Under the pieces are notes generated by a model, which was not told the DNA's origin, ran no database searches, and saw nothing but the letters and a program-made list of their open reading frames with translations. DNA of 53,168 nt from Planctomycetota bacterium (lineage in GTDB: Bacteria; Planctomycetota; SZUA-567; H5-PLA8), in NCBI GenBank assembly GCA_026692735.1, contig JAPLOD010000256.1, positions 1 to 53,168 of the forward strand, read 5' to 3'. This document shows, piece by piece, positions 17,592 through 25,648 of this stretch. A program made the translations under genes and the position numbers. Numbering within the stretch: position 1 is the stretch's first letter; each line of letters begins with the position of its first letter.

Positions 17592-17873
17592 ATGAAGCGC
17601 AAGCAACCGACCGACGATGAACGGCGATTCGGCGACGCTGACGGCGTGAAGGGCAGAAAACCATTTGCCCTGGAACTGATCCAGCAGGCCGCGGACAACC
17701 TAACGGCTATCTCGTCCGCATTCGCAGAGGGACGACCGGCGATGTGTGATTGCAAACTCCGCGACTGCGAGGTGATCGAGAGGTCGCTTGAGACAATCGC
17801 ACAGGCGACAGCGCACCTGCAACGCTGCGTTGATGTCGAGATTCGCTCAGTCCACGGGAAGCTGGGCGTCTAA
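17592..17873 (+). CDS. small hypothetical protein
   Basis: 93-aa ORF. AAGGAGGA-containing RBS (acaaggaggacagcATG). Confidence 0.55.
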   Translation: MKRKQPTDDERRFGDADGVKGRKPFALELIQQAADNLTAISSAFAEGRPAMCDCKLRDCEVIERSLETIAQATAHLQRCVDVEIRSVHGKLGV

Positions 17874-18005
17874 CCACACCCACGACCATACCAGGGCCGC
17901 GAGGAGTGCGGGTTCATGTCGTACCAGCCCGCAAACGGCAAAGAAGCAGTCACCCGGCTACTGTCTGCACCACGCAGACAAGCCACAACAAAGGAGAACA
18001 GGGAA

Positions 18006-18281
18006 ATGACCAGGCGAGTGGCGGTGACAGTCACGGCGGAGTTCGCAGCACAGGCAGTAGAGAGGTTGAAACAATGGCAGATAAAGAACCCAGAACATAA
18101 GTTCGCCAAGGAGATCGCGTACATGACGAGCAGGCTTGAGGCCGCATTAGCGGCCAATGACCCCATAGCACTCAGCGCAGCATATTTTGCAGGTGCGTAC
18201 TATCCAGCGCGGCACGGACGCATCGAGGAACTCGTAGACTTGATGCCGTTGTGGACGACGGAAGTAGCCGAGCAAAGGTAA
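18006..18281 (+). CDS. small hypothetical protein
   Basis: Internal ATG at 18006 preceded by AAAGGAGAA. 91 aa. Confidence 0.5.
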   Translation: MTRRVAVTVTAEFAAQAVERLKQWQIKNPEHKFAKEIAYMTSRLEAALAANDPIALSAAYFAGAYYPARHGRIEELVDLMPLWTTEVAEQR

Positions 18282-18292
18282 CTAACTAAGGA

Positions 18293-20305
18293 ATGAGACT
18301 CCGGGCCTTGAGTAAGCCCGGAATTCTCAACGGCGGGACGGTTGATATGAGACAATCTGAAACCGCGCATTACCCGGCTCGTGGGGTCCAAAGGGTTCAA
18401 CCACCCCCGCCAGCCCCCGAGCCGGGACTCACCTCAATCCTCACCAGACTCTACAAACTCCTAAGAATCGGCTCCCTAGAAATCCGGGTTAAACGCGGGA
18501 AGGAATGTTCCTCCCGCTACGTTTCACACGAGGAGCAGATCCCCAAGCTTGCAGCCTGGATTCAGAAGAAGAACCGCGAGAAGTTCCACGTCTATTTCGG
18601 CCTGCAACCTAGATTCCCATTACAGCGGCGGGCGGCATCAGCCGAAGACATCATCGGCCTCAGTGCCCTCAGCCTCGACCTCGACAACATCAGCCCAGAG
18701 GACGCCAAACGCCTGCTTGACGCAGCACACTGGCCATACACGCTCTTGACCGCCACAGGCGGCGGGGTCCAGGTCCACACACAACTCAGCACCATCGTCC
18801 CCAAGGCCATCTGCGAGAAACTCAGGCTCAGCCGAATCTCAGACCTGTGGTCCAAGAAGGCCAAGGACGCGGGCCTGCCCGTTGATGCGAACTACCTCAA
18901 GGCACGGCAGGGCCTGACCCAGATATGCCGCCTACCGGGCACCACCAACCACAAGTACCCGGCTGAGGCGAAGATCATCGCCGACAAACACCGGTCCTAT
19001 GACCTCAATAGGCTCCTCCCCGGCCTGACCAGGAAAGAGAGAGCCCTACTACGGGCCGGAGAGAGACATCTTTCTCTCTGGCTTGAACTCGATGAGGACC
19101 GGTGGCTGGACGCCAGCGACGCCCGAAAATGGCGGTTTGGACCGGGGTGTCACATAAAAGACAGTACGGGGAAAGGGAGAGACAGCAGGCAGACGGCCCT
19201 CCCTCATGCACATTGCGAGTGTCACATAAACATCCGTACCGGGATAGAGAGGGGAAACCATCTTGGCTCTGCACATGGGGACATTGAAGGTGGACCCTTC
19301 TTGCCCCCTATATGTCACATAAAAAGCTGTACGGGGAGAGGGGAGAGAGGAGAATCAGGTGGTCTTCCTCCGTTTGGGGACACCCCAAGCACCCAAGGGG
19401 GCACCCACGCTGTTTCGGGTGCCCCCGCCGGTGGGAGGCGGAGCCTCCCCGACTGTTCCGCCGTCCGTTGGGCCTTCTCTAAGTGCCTCATCAACAAACC
19501 AGGCCAGCGACGGAAGGCCCTCGCTAAACTGGCCGGTGGTCTGAAACTGGTTGCCCCTGGCCTGTCCGCGCCGGAACTGGCCAAGGTCCATCACGCCTGG
19601 TATGTCGAGTTCTACCTGCCATTCAGCCAGAGAACATCGGAGGAGGAAAGCTTCGCTGATCTTCAACAAGCATACGCGACAGACCGGATAGCGCCGTGGC
19701 ACCGGACCAAGCCACAGCACCAGGCCCCCCCGGAGGAAACCATCCTGAGCATCTTCAACAGCCTACATAGGCGGTACGGCGTGGTGGTCGCTTCCTATGA
19801 AATGATCGGGAACTGGTTGGGCGTCCACAGGCGGCAGGCTCATAGGTTCATCGAGCGGATGATTCAGGCCGGGACGCTTACGCTATTGCAGCCGGGAAGG
19901 CGCTGGGTGGGGCATTCAGGGAGGGCGTCGGTCTGGTACATCGGTGTGCCGACTGATGAACAGAGAGCAGCGGCCCTGAACAGACTTGCTGAGAATATGG
20001 CTAAGATCGCCGCCACGAAGAAGGTGAGAGCCAGAGAAGAAGAAGATAGGATTGCCGCGGAGCTAAACGCAGAGAGCCGCTCCAAAACGAAAGATACGTA
20101 TATGAACGTGGTTGAGGAGGTCCAGAATGAATGTACTGTTGAATCGCGAGGAGATGTTGGCCAGGATTCGCCACAAGGCGGCAATGCGGCGGTTGGCCCA
20201 CGAGAAGGCCCAAGAGGAAGTGATCGCAAGGGATCAGCTATTCCGCCAGGACCGGCAGTCATTCATCCTGAATTGGATGAGCCAGTTTCCAGAACTCAAC
20301 GTTGA
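18293..20305 (+). CDS. Prim-Pol (archaeo-eukaryotic primase superfamily) replication protein with C-terminal winged-helix region; start and stop uncertain
   Basis: AEP motifs: LSLDLDN (DxD), TATGGGVQVHTQL (sxH), ICRLPGTTNHKYP. Later HTH-like NWLGVHRRQAHRFIERMIQAG. An alternative start lies at 18347. The last ~60 codons are Gly/Pro/Arg-rich and overlap the next gene. Confidence 0.7.
   Translation: MRLRALSKPGILNGGTVDMRQSETAHYPARGVQRVQPPPPAPEPGLTSILTRLYKLLRIGSLEIRVKRGKECSSRYVSHEEQIPKLAAWIQKKNREKFHVYFGLQPRFPLQRRAASAEDIIGLSALSLDLDNISPEDAKRLLDAAHWPYTLLTATGGGVQVHTQLSTIVPKAICEKLRLSRISDLWSKKAKDAGLPVDANYLKARQGLTQICRLPGTTNHKYPAEAKIIADKHRSYDLNRLLPGLTRKERALLRAGERHLSLWLELDEDRWLDASDARKWRFGPGCHIKDSTGKGRDSRQTALPHAHCECHINIRTGIERGNHLGSAHGDIEGGPFLPPICHIKSCTGRGERGESGGLPPFGDTPSTQGGTHAVSGAPAGGRRSLPDCSAVRWAFSKCLINKPGQRRKALAKLAGGLKLVAPGLSAPELAKVHHAWYVEFYLPFSQRTSEEESFADLQQAYATDRIAPWHRTKPQHQAPPEETILSIFNSLHRRYGVVVASYEMIGNWLGVHRRQAHRFIERMIQAGTLTLLQPGRRWVGHSGRASVWYIGVPTDEQRAAALNRLAENMAKIAATKKVRAREEEDRIAAELNAESRSKTKDTYMNVVEEVQNECTVESRGDVGQDSPQGGNAAVGPREGPRGSDRKGSAIPPGPAVIHPELDEPVSRTQR
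19148..19348 (+). repeat. three ~36-bp iteron-like direct repeats (candidate replication origin) inside the Prim-Pol ORF
   Basis: TGTCACATAAA-N5-GTAC[GC]GGGA-purine-rich tail at 19148-19183, 19220-19255 and 19313-19348 (spacings 72 and 93 bp). There are locally AT-rich cores in a GC-rich background. Confidence 0.6.
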
Positions 20306-20642
20306 GTACGAGTTACGGGCTGCTGAGATGTGGATGCGGGATAGGAATGCGTCACCCGCCAACGGTGTTGTTCCGTTTGTGGAGCGCTGGCTGGCGCGGT
20401 CTGCTGACCGTGCCTTGAAACAGCGGGCGTATCGGGTGACGCATGGCTGCGGGTTCTGTGGCTGCAACGTCCGGAACTATAACGCGCTACTGCTGATGGT
20501 CGTGGACCACATTCTCAAGGATAAGCCGGAACTGGTGATTGATGTTGCCAGTGAAGATATGACCCAGCGCGTGAGTATCACGAAGACACGTAACGGTCGC
20601 CAGTTATCCATCACGCGCCGTGACAGCGGCCAGTCGAAGTAA
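20127..20642 (+). CDS. hypothetical protein
   Basis: ATG 20127 preceded by GAGGAGG. 171 aa, MNVLLNREEMLARIRHKAAMRRLAHEK... Confidence 0.6.
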   Translation: MNVLLNREEMLARIRHKAAMRRLAHEKAQEEVIARDQLFRQDRQSFILNWMSQFPELNVEYELRAAEMWMRDRNASPANGVVPFVERWLARSADRALKQRAYRVTHGCGFCGCNVRNYNALLLMVVDHILKDKPELVIDVASEDMTQRVSITKTRNGRQLSITRRDSGQSK

Positions 20643-20735
20643 TGCCAGCCTCGTAGGCGGCGGCAGTCTGCGCAATGGCGCTGCACGGTGAAGATGAAAC
20701 AGCGTGTGTTTGCGGCTCACGCACCTGGCGGCAGC

Positions 20736-22373
20736 CTAGAGCAATTTCAACTCTTCTGCCTTGGCTTTGCCAACCACGTCAATCCCAGGCATGTGGCGTA
20801 AGCAGAAGATGTGAACCAGGTGTTCTCCTACCTTAGCCGTCTTCTTCCAGAGACGCGTTGTGTTGTTGACCTCAATCCTCTTACGCCCGATGTCCCAACA
20901 GACAACGCGTGGATACTGCGAAGGCGCATGACCGTGCAAGTCGTAGTTGACAAAGAACCGCTCAGCCTCCACCACGGTGTACCGATCAGGCTGACTCTCC
21001 CTATCCTCCTGGAAGTGAATGATAAGGTCTGGACCGTCGCCAGCGTGGGCCAGCGTAACAAATTTCGCGAATGGAAGTACGCCGTAAGCCTCCATCTTCC
21101 AGAGAATCGCCAGAGCATCATTCTCGTTCTCCGGTTCGCGACCAAGCAGAACTGCGTGACCGTCGTCATTGCAGTGAATTACCCAACGCTGCTCAGTTGA
21201 TTCCAGACGCCGCTTTTTCTCGTCCAGGGCCTTGGCGCTCGCGCGAGTCTTGCGTTTGATCGGCGCTTTACGGAAAGTGAGATAGTCCTGAGAAGACTCA
21301 ATGCGTCTGAATATCTCCCCAACGAGTTTCTTGAGAAGGTCAGTCATCGCGGAATCAACCAGACCGCTTCGGGAGATATTCATCTCCTCCTGAATCTGGT
21401 CGCACTCAACGATAAGACAGCACTTCTTCATGCCAGGGTTGGCTGTGCGGAGGCTATTGCTGCCATACTCCTCCATATCAAGATCAAGGTACGGAATCCC
21501 TTTCACCGATAATATTAGCCCGGTGTTGTAGTTATCGGTCGAAAGGTCGTACTTCTCCGCCTCCCAGGTATAGAAACCTTTCATGCGGACCTGAATGCGC
21601 ACGTTCGTACCGGGCACAGTTCCTTCCTTGGTTTCATCAACGATACGTGTTTCATCGTCCCGCTTAGCGACAGCAAGCTCTGGGAAGCCGAATGCTAGCT
21701 CCTTCTCCGTTCCCATCACGGTCAGGAATATTCGTGGCGTGACTTCGCGAGGGCATGTGAATCCAGCAAAGGTCCGGTGTACTAGGAAACTCTTAATCTC
21801 TTCCATTGTGAATGGCTCTTCCCGGCGATGGGGCGGATGACCCACGATCGTAATCTTCGTACCTGGTTGCTGTCCCTCGGACGGCGGAAACCTATAAATA
21901 CGTGGCTTCGGGATGTTATTCTTTGTGATCGTTCCCCAAGGGTCATTTATCTCAACCTTGTAAACCTCCTTCTCACGCGCCGGATAGGTTTCAATCTGGA
22001 CCTGTTGGGACTGGTATGCCAATTTCGAGCCAAGTCCTTTCCAGGAAAACTCATCGGATTTCATGCCGACGATTGCCGAAAGCCCTAGGCCAAGGAACCG
22101 GTCGAGCCTCCCCGGTATGCCCGTTTCTCCCGTGTAGTCCATCCCGCAGCCGTTGTCTGCGATCTCGAATACGTGCCCATGCTGGTTGACGTAATAGCTG
22201 AGACGAATCTCAGTCGCCCCAACTTCTCGCGAGCCCGCATTGCTTAGCAGTTCGCGCAGGAGATCGAGAGGGTGTAAGCGCTCTTTGATGAGGTTCTTCA
22301 CCAACGCGACTTCTTTAATCAGCGGGTTAACTTCCTGACCTTCCCTTGGGAACAAATCGCGGAGCTGTGGCAT
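20736..22373 (-). CDS. GHKL-family (HATPase_c_3 / MORC-like) ATPase with C-terminal PD-(D/E)xK-like module
   Basis: ATG 22373 after an AGGAGG RBS. Bergerat-fold motifs LLRELLSNAGSRE (N-box) and FEIADNGCGMD (G1), then GLGLS.../KGLGSK. The C-terminus has ENENDALAILWKMEA...GDGPDLIIHF...YTVVEAERF. Confidence 0.7.
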   Translation of the reverse strand: MPQLRDLFPREGQEVNPLIKEVALVKNLIKERLHPLDLLRELLSNAGSREVGATEIRLSYYVNQHGHVFEIADNGCGMDYTGETGIPGRLDRFLGLGLSAIVGMKSDEFSWKGLGSKLAYQSQQVQIETYPAREKEVYKVEINDPWGTITKNNIPKPRIYRFPPSEGQQPGTKITIVGHPPHRREEPFTMEEIKSFLVHRTFAGFTCPREVTPRIFLTVMGTEKELAFGFPELAVAKRDDETRIVDETKEGTVPGTNVRIQVRMKGFYTWEAEKYDLSTDNYNTGLILSVKGIPYLDLDMEEYGSNSLRTANPGMKKCCLIVECDQIQEEMNISRSGLVDSAMTDLLKKLVGEIFRRIESSQDYLTFRKAPIKRKTRASAKALDEKKRRLESTEQRWVIHCNDDGHAVLLGREPENENDALAILWKMEAYGVLPFAKFVTLAHAGDGPDLIIHFQEDRESQPDRYTVVEAERFFVNYDLHGHAPSQYPRVVCWDIGRKRIEVNNTTRLWKKTAKVGEHLVHIFCLRHMPGIDVVGKAKAEELKLL

Positions 22374-22740
22374 ATCCACCTCCTGATGCTGGGGGTCCAG
22401 TAAGGTATACCCCGCATAAGTAGGGCGCACAGGGCAAAAGTTACCGCACTTCAGCCCCGCCCCGGACAAGCTTCCGGACAGGCCAAGCGAGACGTTTTGC
22501 TCGCCGCGCCCTCTCCCGTATACGGGGCCGGTCCGCCTCTTTCATACCACGCGATAATCCGCTGTAAGGTGAAGCGCCTGCCGCACCCGCCCCGGCAAGC
22601 CCGCCACGCTTCGGGACGGTATTCTCCCTGCGTCCGGAGGTACTTCCGTGAGGCTCGAAGGCGGTCAAGGCTGTTCTGGGCCGTCCGGACGCCTCGACGC
22701 GCTCCCGTGGGCCTCATTAGGTTGCGCTTAAGCTAGATGG

Positions 22741-23157
22741 TCAGGTCGGCTTCGGTTCGTCGCCGTGCCACACGCCGGTTGCCATCCATACCTCGTAGTG
22801 AAACAGCCAATCTGAAATCCATGGCACGATAGTGTAGGCAATAGAATCCGCTGCCGTCCATTCGCCGGAGTCCACTGGATACAGGCACAGCGTCCCGTCG
22901 CCATTGAAATGCGGGATTGGTCTATCAGCACGGCGGACTAAGGGCGGATTCAGAACGCGGACCTGCGGATCATACCCCAGACGGTACGTGATCCGCACTA
23001 CGTATCTTTCAGATAACCCGCTTGGCTCGACGGTGCCTTCCCAGACACAACGATCTTTGAACGCATGTTTCAGCTTGAGGTAGGGTGCCTCCGTACACAT
23101 CTCCATCCGCTGCTTGAGCAGCGGCAGCACGTACGTCGAACGTAATCTACTTGCCAT
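22741..23157 (-). CDS. minimal E2-like (UBC-fold, Cap2-type) protein of a CBASS type II-short module
   Basis: 138 aa. IPHFNGDGTLCLYP resembles the E2 HPN...G.iCL active-site loop with the catalytic Cys. The C-terminal TIVPWISDWLFHYEVWMATGVWHGDE is typical of prokaryotic E2 families. Overlaps the NTase stop by 11 nt. Confidence 0.65.
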   Translation of the reverse strand: MASRLRSTYVLPLLKQRMEMCTEAPYLKLKHAFKDRCVWEGTVEPSGLSERYVVRITYRLGYDPQVRVLNPPLVRRADRPIPHFNGDGTLCLYPVDSGEWTAADSIAYTIVPWISDWLFHYEVWMATGVWHGDEPKPT

Positions 23158-24271
23158 GGAAGGTGTGGGGTCTGACCGGCGTAATGGTCGCAGCGGGAGC
23201 AGTTGCGACGGTCAAGGTGCCAGTCTGCTTTTGTACACCAAGGACGCCGGATGATCGCGCACGCTGTATGCGCTGTCCGATTTCCTCAGCGACAACGCGA
23301 GTTGGCTGCTCACCGAACAATGCCTCCAATGCGGCGGTAATGTTCGGGATTCCTTTCCGCTGAACCAGCGCGTGCCACTGTGTGTGCAGGTTCCGAACTC
23401 CAGACACGAACGCACTGTAGACAGCGGCATCATCCCAGCGCTCACTCAAATCCTCCTTTCCGTTCATGGGGTTACGGACGACGAGCCTGCCAAAAGGCGG
23501 AATCGAGGCGAGAACTCCATCCAGCACGGCGGTCAATGCCGCCGCTTCCGAGTTCTGGTAGACGAAGTGCTGTGCCGCGAGAGTCGTGAGGACAATCGAA
23601 ATGGGCGCATTGTCGGGGTCTTTGCAGTACCTCAGGTCTCGCCAGCGCTTGAGCAGTTGGACGACCCGCTTCAGTATTCCCTTTTCATCCACTGTTTCCT
23701 GATCGGGCAGTGGCTCAACACGAGCGAGGCCGAACACGGATGGTCGTGTGTCCCTGCTTAGAAACCAGGCAGCATAGCCCTTCGGGTTACTGGCCTTCCA
23801 TTCACGAGCTTCACGATCCGGTACGACCACGCATTCTGGCCCCGTCTGGGGGTCAGGACACGCTGGTAATATGTCGAGGTGGAACTCATTCGCGTAGATG
23901 ATCCGGATACATCTGTTCTTGCGCTCCAGCTTATCAGCATAGAGTGCGTTCTGACGGAGCCGAGCTTCGATCAGGTTCAGTAGTATGACTGGATTCTCGA
24001 TAGTATCCTTCTGAAGGTTGAACTCACAGACAAGATCAAGATCATATTCGTTGCGCTGCACGGGCTTCACGGTGGTGCCTATGCGGAACGACCCTTGAGC
24101 GTATACCTGCGTCTTCAGCAAGCGGGGAACTTCTTCCGCGTCGAGCCACTTACCAACCGCATGATAGCGCTCCTCGGCAAGGTCGTGCTGCGTCTGGCTG
24201 ATCTGTAAGCGTTCGCAGATCCCCCGCAGAATCAGATCGAGCGACACTTCAGTTGTTGGTTGGCTTGCCAT
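23147..24271 (-). CDS. cGAS/DncV-like nucleotidyltransferase (CD-NTase / SMODS family)
   Basis: ATG 24271 after GGGGAGGA. Pol-beta NTase signature AQGSFRIGTTVKP...EYDLDLVCEF (G[SG]..GT...DxD) and the third acidic residue in EFHLDILPA. Neighbours are E2-like and SAVED genes. Confidence 0.75.
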   Translation of the reverse strand: MASQPTTEVSLDLILRGICERLQISQTQHDLAEERYHAVGKWLDAEEVPRLLKTQVYAQGSFRIGTTVKPVQRNEYDLDLVCEFNLQKDTIENPVILLNLIEARLRQNALYADKLERKNRCIRIIYANEFHLDILPACPDPQTGPECVVVPDREAREWKASNPKGYAAWFLSRDTRPSVFGLARVEPLPDQETVDEKGILKRVVQLLKRWRDLRYCKDPDNAPISIVLTTLAAQHFVYQNSEAAALTAVLDGVLASIPPFGRLVVRNPMNGKEDLSERWDDAAVYSAFVSGVRNLHTQWHALVQRKGIPNITAALEALFGEQPTRVVAEEIGQRIQRARSSGVLGVQKQTGTLTVATAPAATITPVRPHTFHGK

Positions 24272-24489
24272 TGCGTCCTCCCCCATACCGGTGCGGATAG
24301 TGGCCGCACACATAATCAAGAACATACCGCTAATTGTGGGCCAAAGCAAGACAACATGCAACATATCGTGCCTCCATGACTTATAACAGTCTATATGTGA
24401 TTTAGGGATAACAGGGGGTCCGACCGCGCCAACATAACCGCGCCATTGTGGCCATGTGCGGTCGGGCGGTATTGCACAGTGGCCCGATC

Positions 24490-25647
24490 TCAGCGGGTTG
24501 GTCGCAGGAGTATGCTGGGCTTGTGGGCTGGAACAGCGTGCCGCGAGAACTCATAAAGTTGCACGGGCGGACACATCGTCGGGCTGATCTGCTGCCCAAC
24601 GGCAACCGCGCCCGGAGCAGGCCCGCAGTAGAAAAGATGCCACTTCTGGGCGCCCGGAAACGCGCGAAGACACGACTCGAATGTGTGCCGAGCGTGTTCC
24701 TCAAGGCGGCGCAATTGCTGTTCGTGACGCAACCAGTCGGTGCTTGGGTTCGCGGCCCGGATATCCACTCGACCGATCAGCGGGAGTTTCAGGCTACGGA
24801 TATCATCCCGGCAGATTGTAGCACTCAGATGGAAGCAAAGAGCTACATCCCCTTTTCTTCGTGTGGCCGTGCGCGGTATTCCTGTCACGGAAAGATCAGC
24901 CGCCTGCAGCGATGAAGACGGCCAAGCCCAAGTCCGTGTACTTCTATAGTGCTGGAACAGTCTTACGTTCGGACGGCTGGTCAACATATAGCCCATCGCA
25001 ACGCACGCCGATACAGGCGCGAGCGGAAAGACGGCAATGCGCCTGTCGAAACCATCGCCGCCATGCAGCGCTTGACGGACTATACTCGTCACACCACGGA
25101 AGGTCTGCACCCAGTCGGCGGAACTCCCCACCTCGTAGGCGAGCGCCCTGCCAGCGGGATAGTCTGGACTCAGCGCAGCCCTGGCACGTTCTCTGTCTAT
25201 TGGATGGTCACCTGCCAGTAGAAGCATTCGCCAACCTGTCGTGCTCCTACCGCGCTCAGGGAGATTTTTCCTGACCCATTCCTCATGATCGGTCTTGAGC
25301 TTCCTGATCTCCGCTACTGAATGGCTGCGTGCCTGCGTATCGAATCTCCCGTGACAGTGCGCACAAAGGAGGATTAGGTTCTCATACTTATCGCGCTCAC
25401 GTGGCGGCAGTTTCCTGCTGGCCCGAGGGCCTCCGTCGCTGGATGCCTCGATATGGGCGATCTCTCCGATTGGCACTGCGGGATCATAGTCGGTCTCGTC
25501 GGCAATCACAGAAACCCGGCATGTCGGGACAGCGCACCGACCGGCTGCTCGACCCCAGAGCAGCTTGATCGTTTGGGCGGTATAGTGCCGCGTAGATTTC
25601 CGTTTCATGAGTGGCCGAACTTCCCGCTTCCCCACGTCCGCTGGCAT
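24490..25647 (-). CDS. cap5: HNH endonuclease-SAVED fusion effector (Cap5-like)
   Basis: N-terminal HNH: GRCAVPTC...EIAHIEASSDGGPR...NLILLCAHCHGRFD. C-terminal SAVED-like halves: IAVFPLAPVSACVAMGYMLTSRPNVRLFQH and WHLFYCGPAPGAVAVGQQISP...VQLYEF. An alternative start lies at 25608. Confidence 0.75.
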   Translation of the reverse strand: MPADVGKREVRPLMKRKSTRHYTAQTIKLLWGRAAGRCAVPTCRVSVIADETDYDPAVPIGEIAHIEASSDGGPRASRKLPPRERDKYENLILLCAHCHGRFDTQARSHSVAEIRKLKTDHEEWVRKNLPERGRSTTGWRMLLLAGDHPIDRERARAALSPDYPAGRALAYEVGSSADWVQTFRGVTSIVRQALHGGDGFDRRIAVFPLAPVSACVAMGYMLTSRPNVRLFQHYRSTRTWAWPSSSLQAADLSVTGIPRTATRRKGDVALCFHLSATICRDDIRSLKLPLIGRVDIRAANPSTDWLRHEQQLRRLEEHARHTFESCLRAFPGAQKWHLFYCGPAPGAVAVGQQISPTMCPPVQLYEFSRHAVPAHKPSILLRPTR

Positions 25648-25648
25648 C

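Noticed and set aside
22451-22717. 88-aa minus-strand ORF in the 367-bp gap between the E2-like and GHKL genes (possible small regulator or IS orfA remnant)
   Set aside because: The composition is Arg/Gly-rich, there is no RBS and no recognisable HTH. The faint resemblance to transposase orfA N-termini is spread over two frames and is too weak to call.
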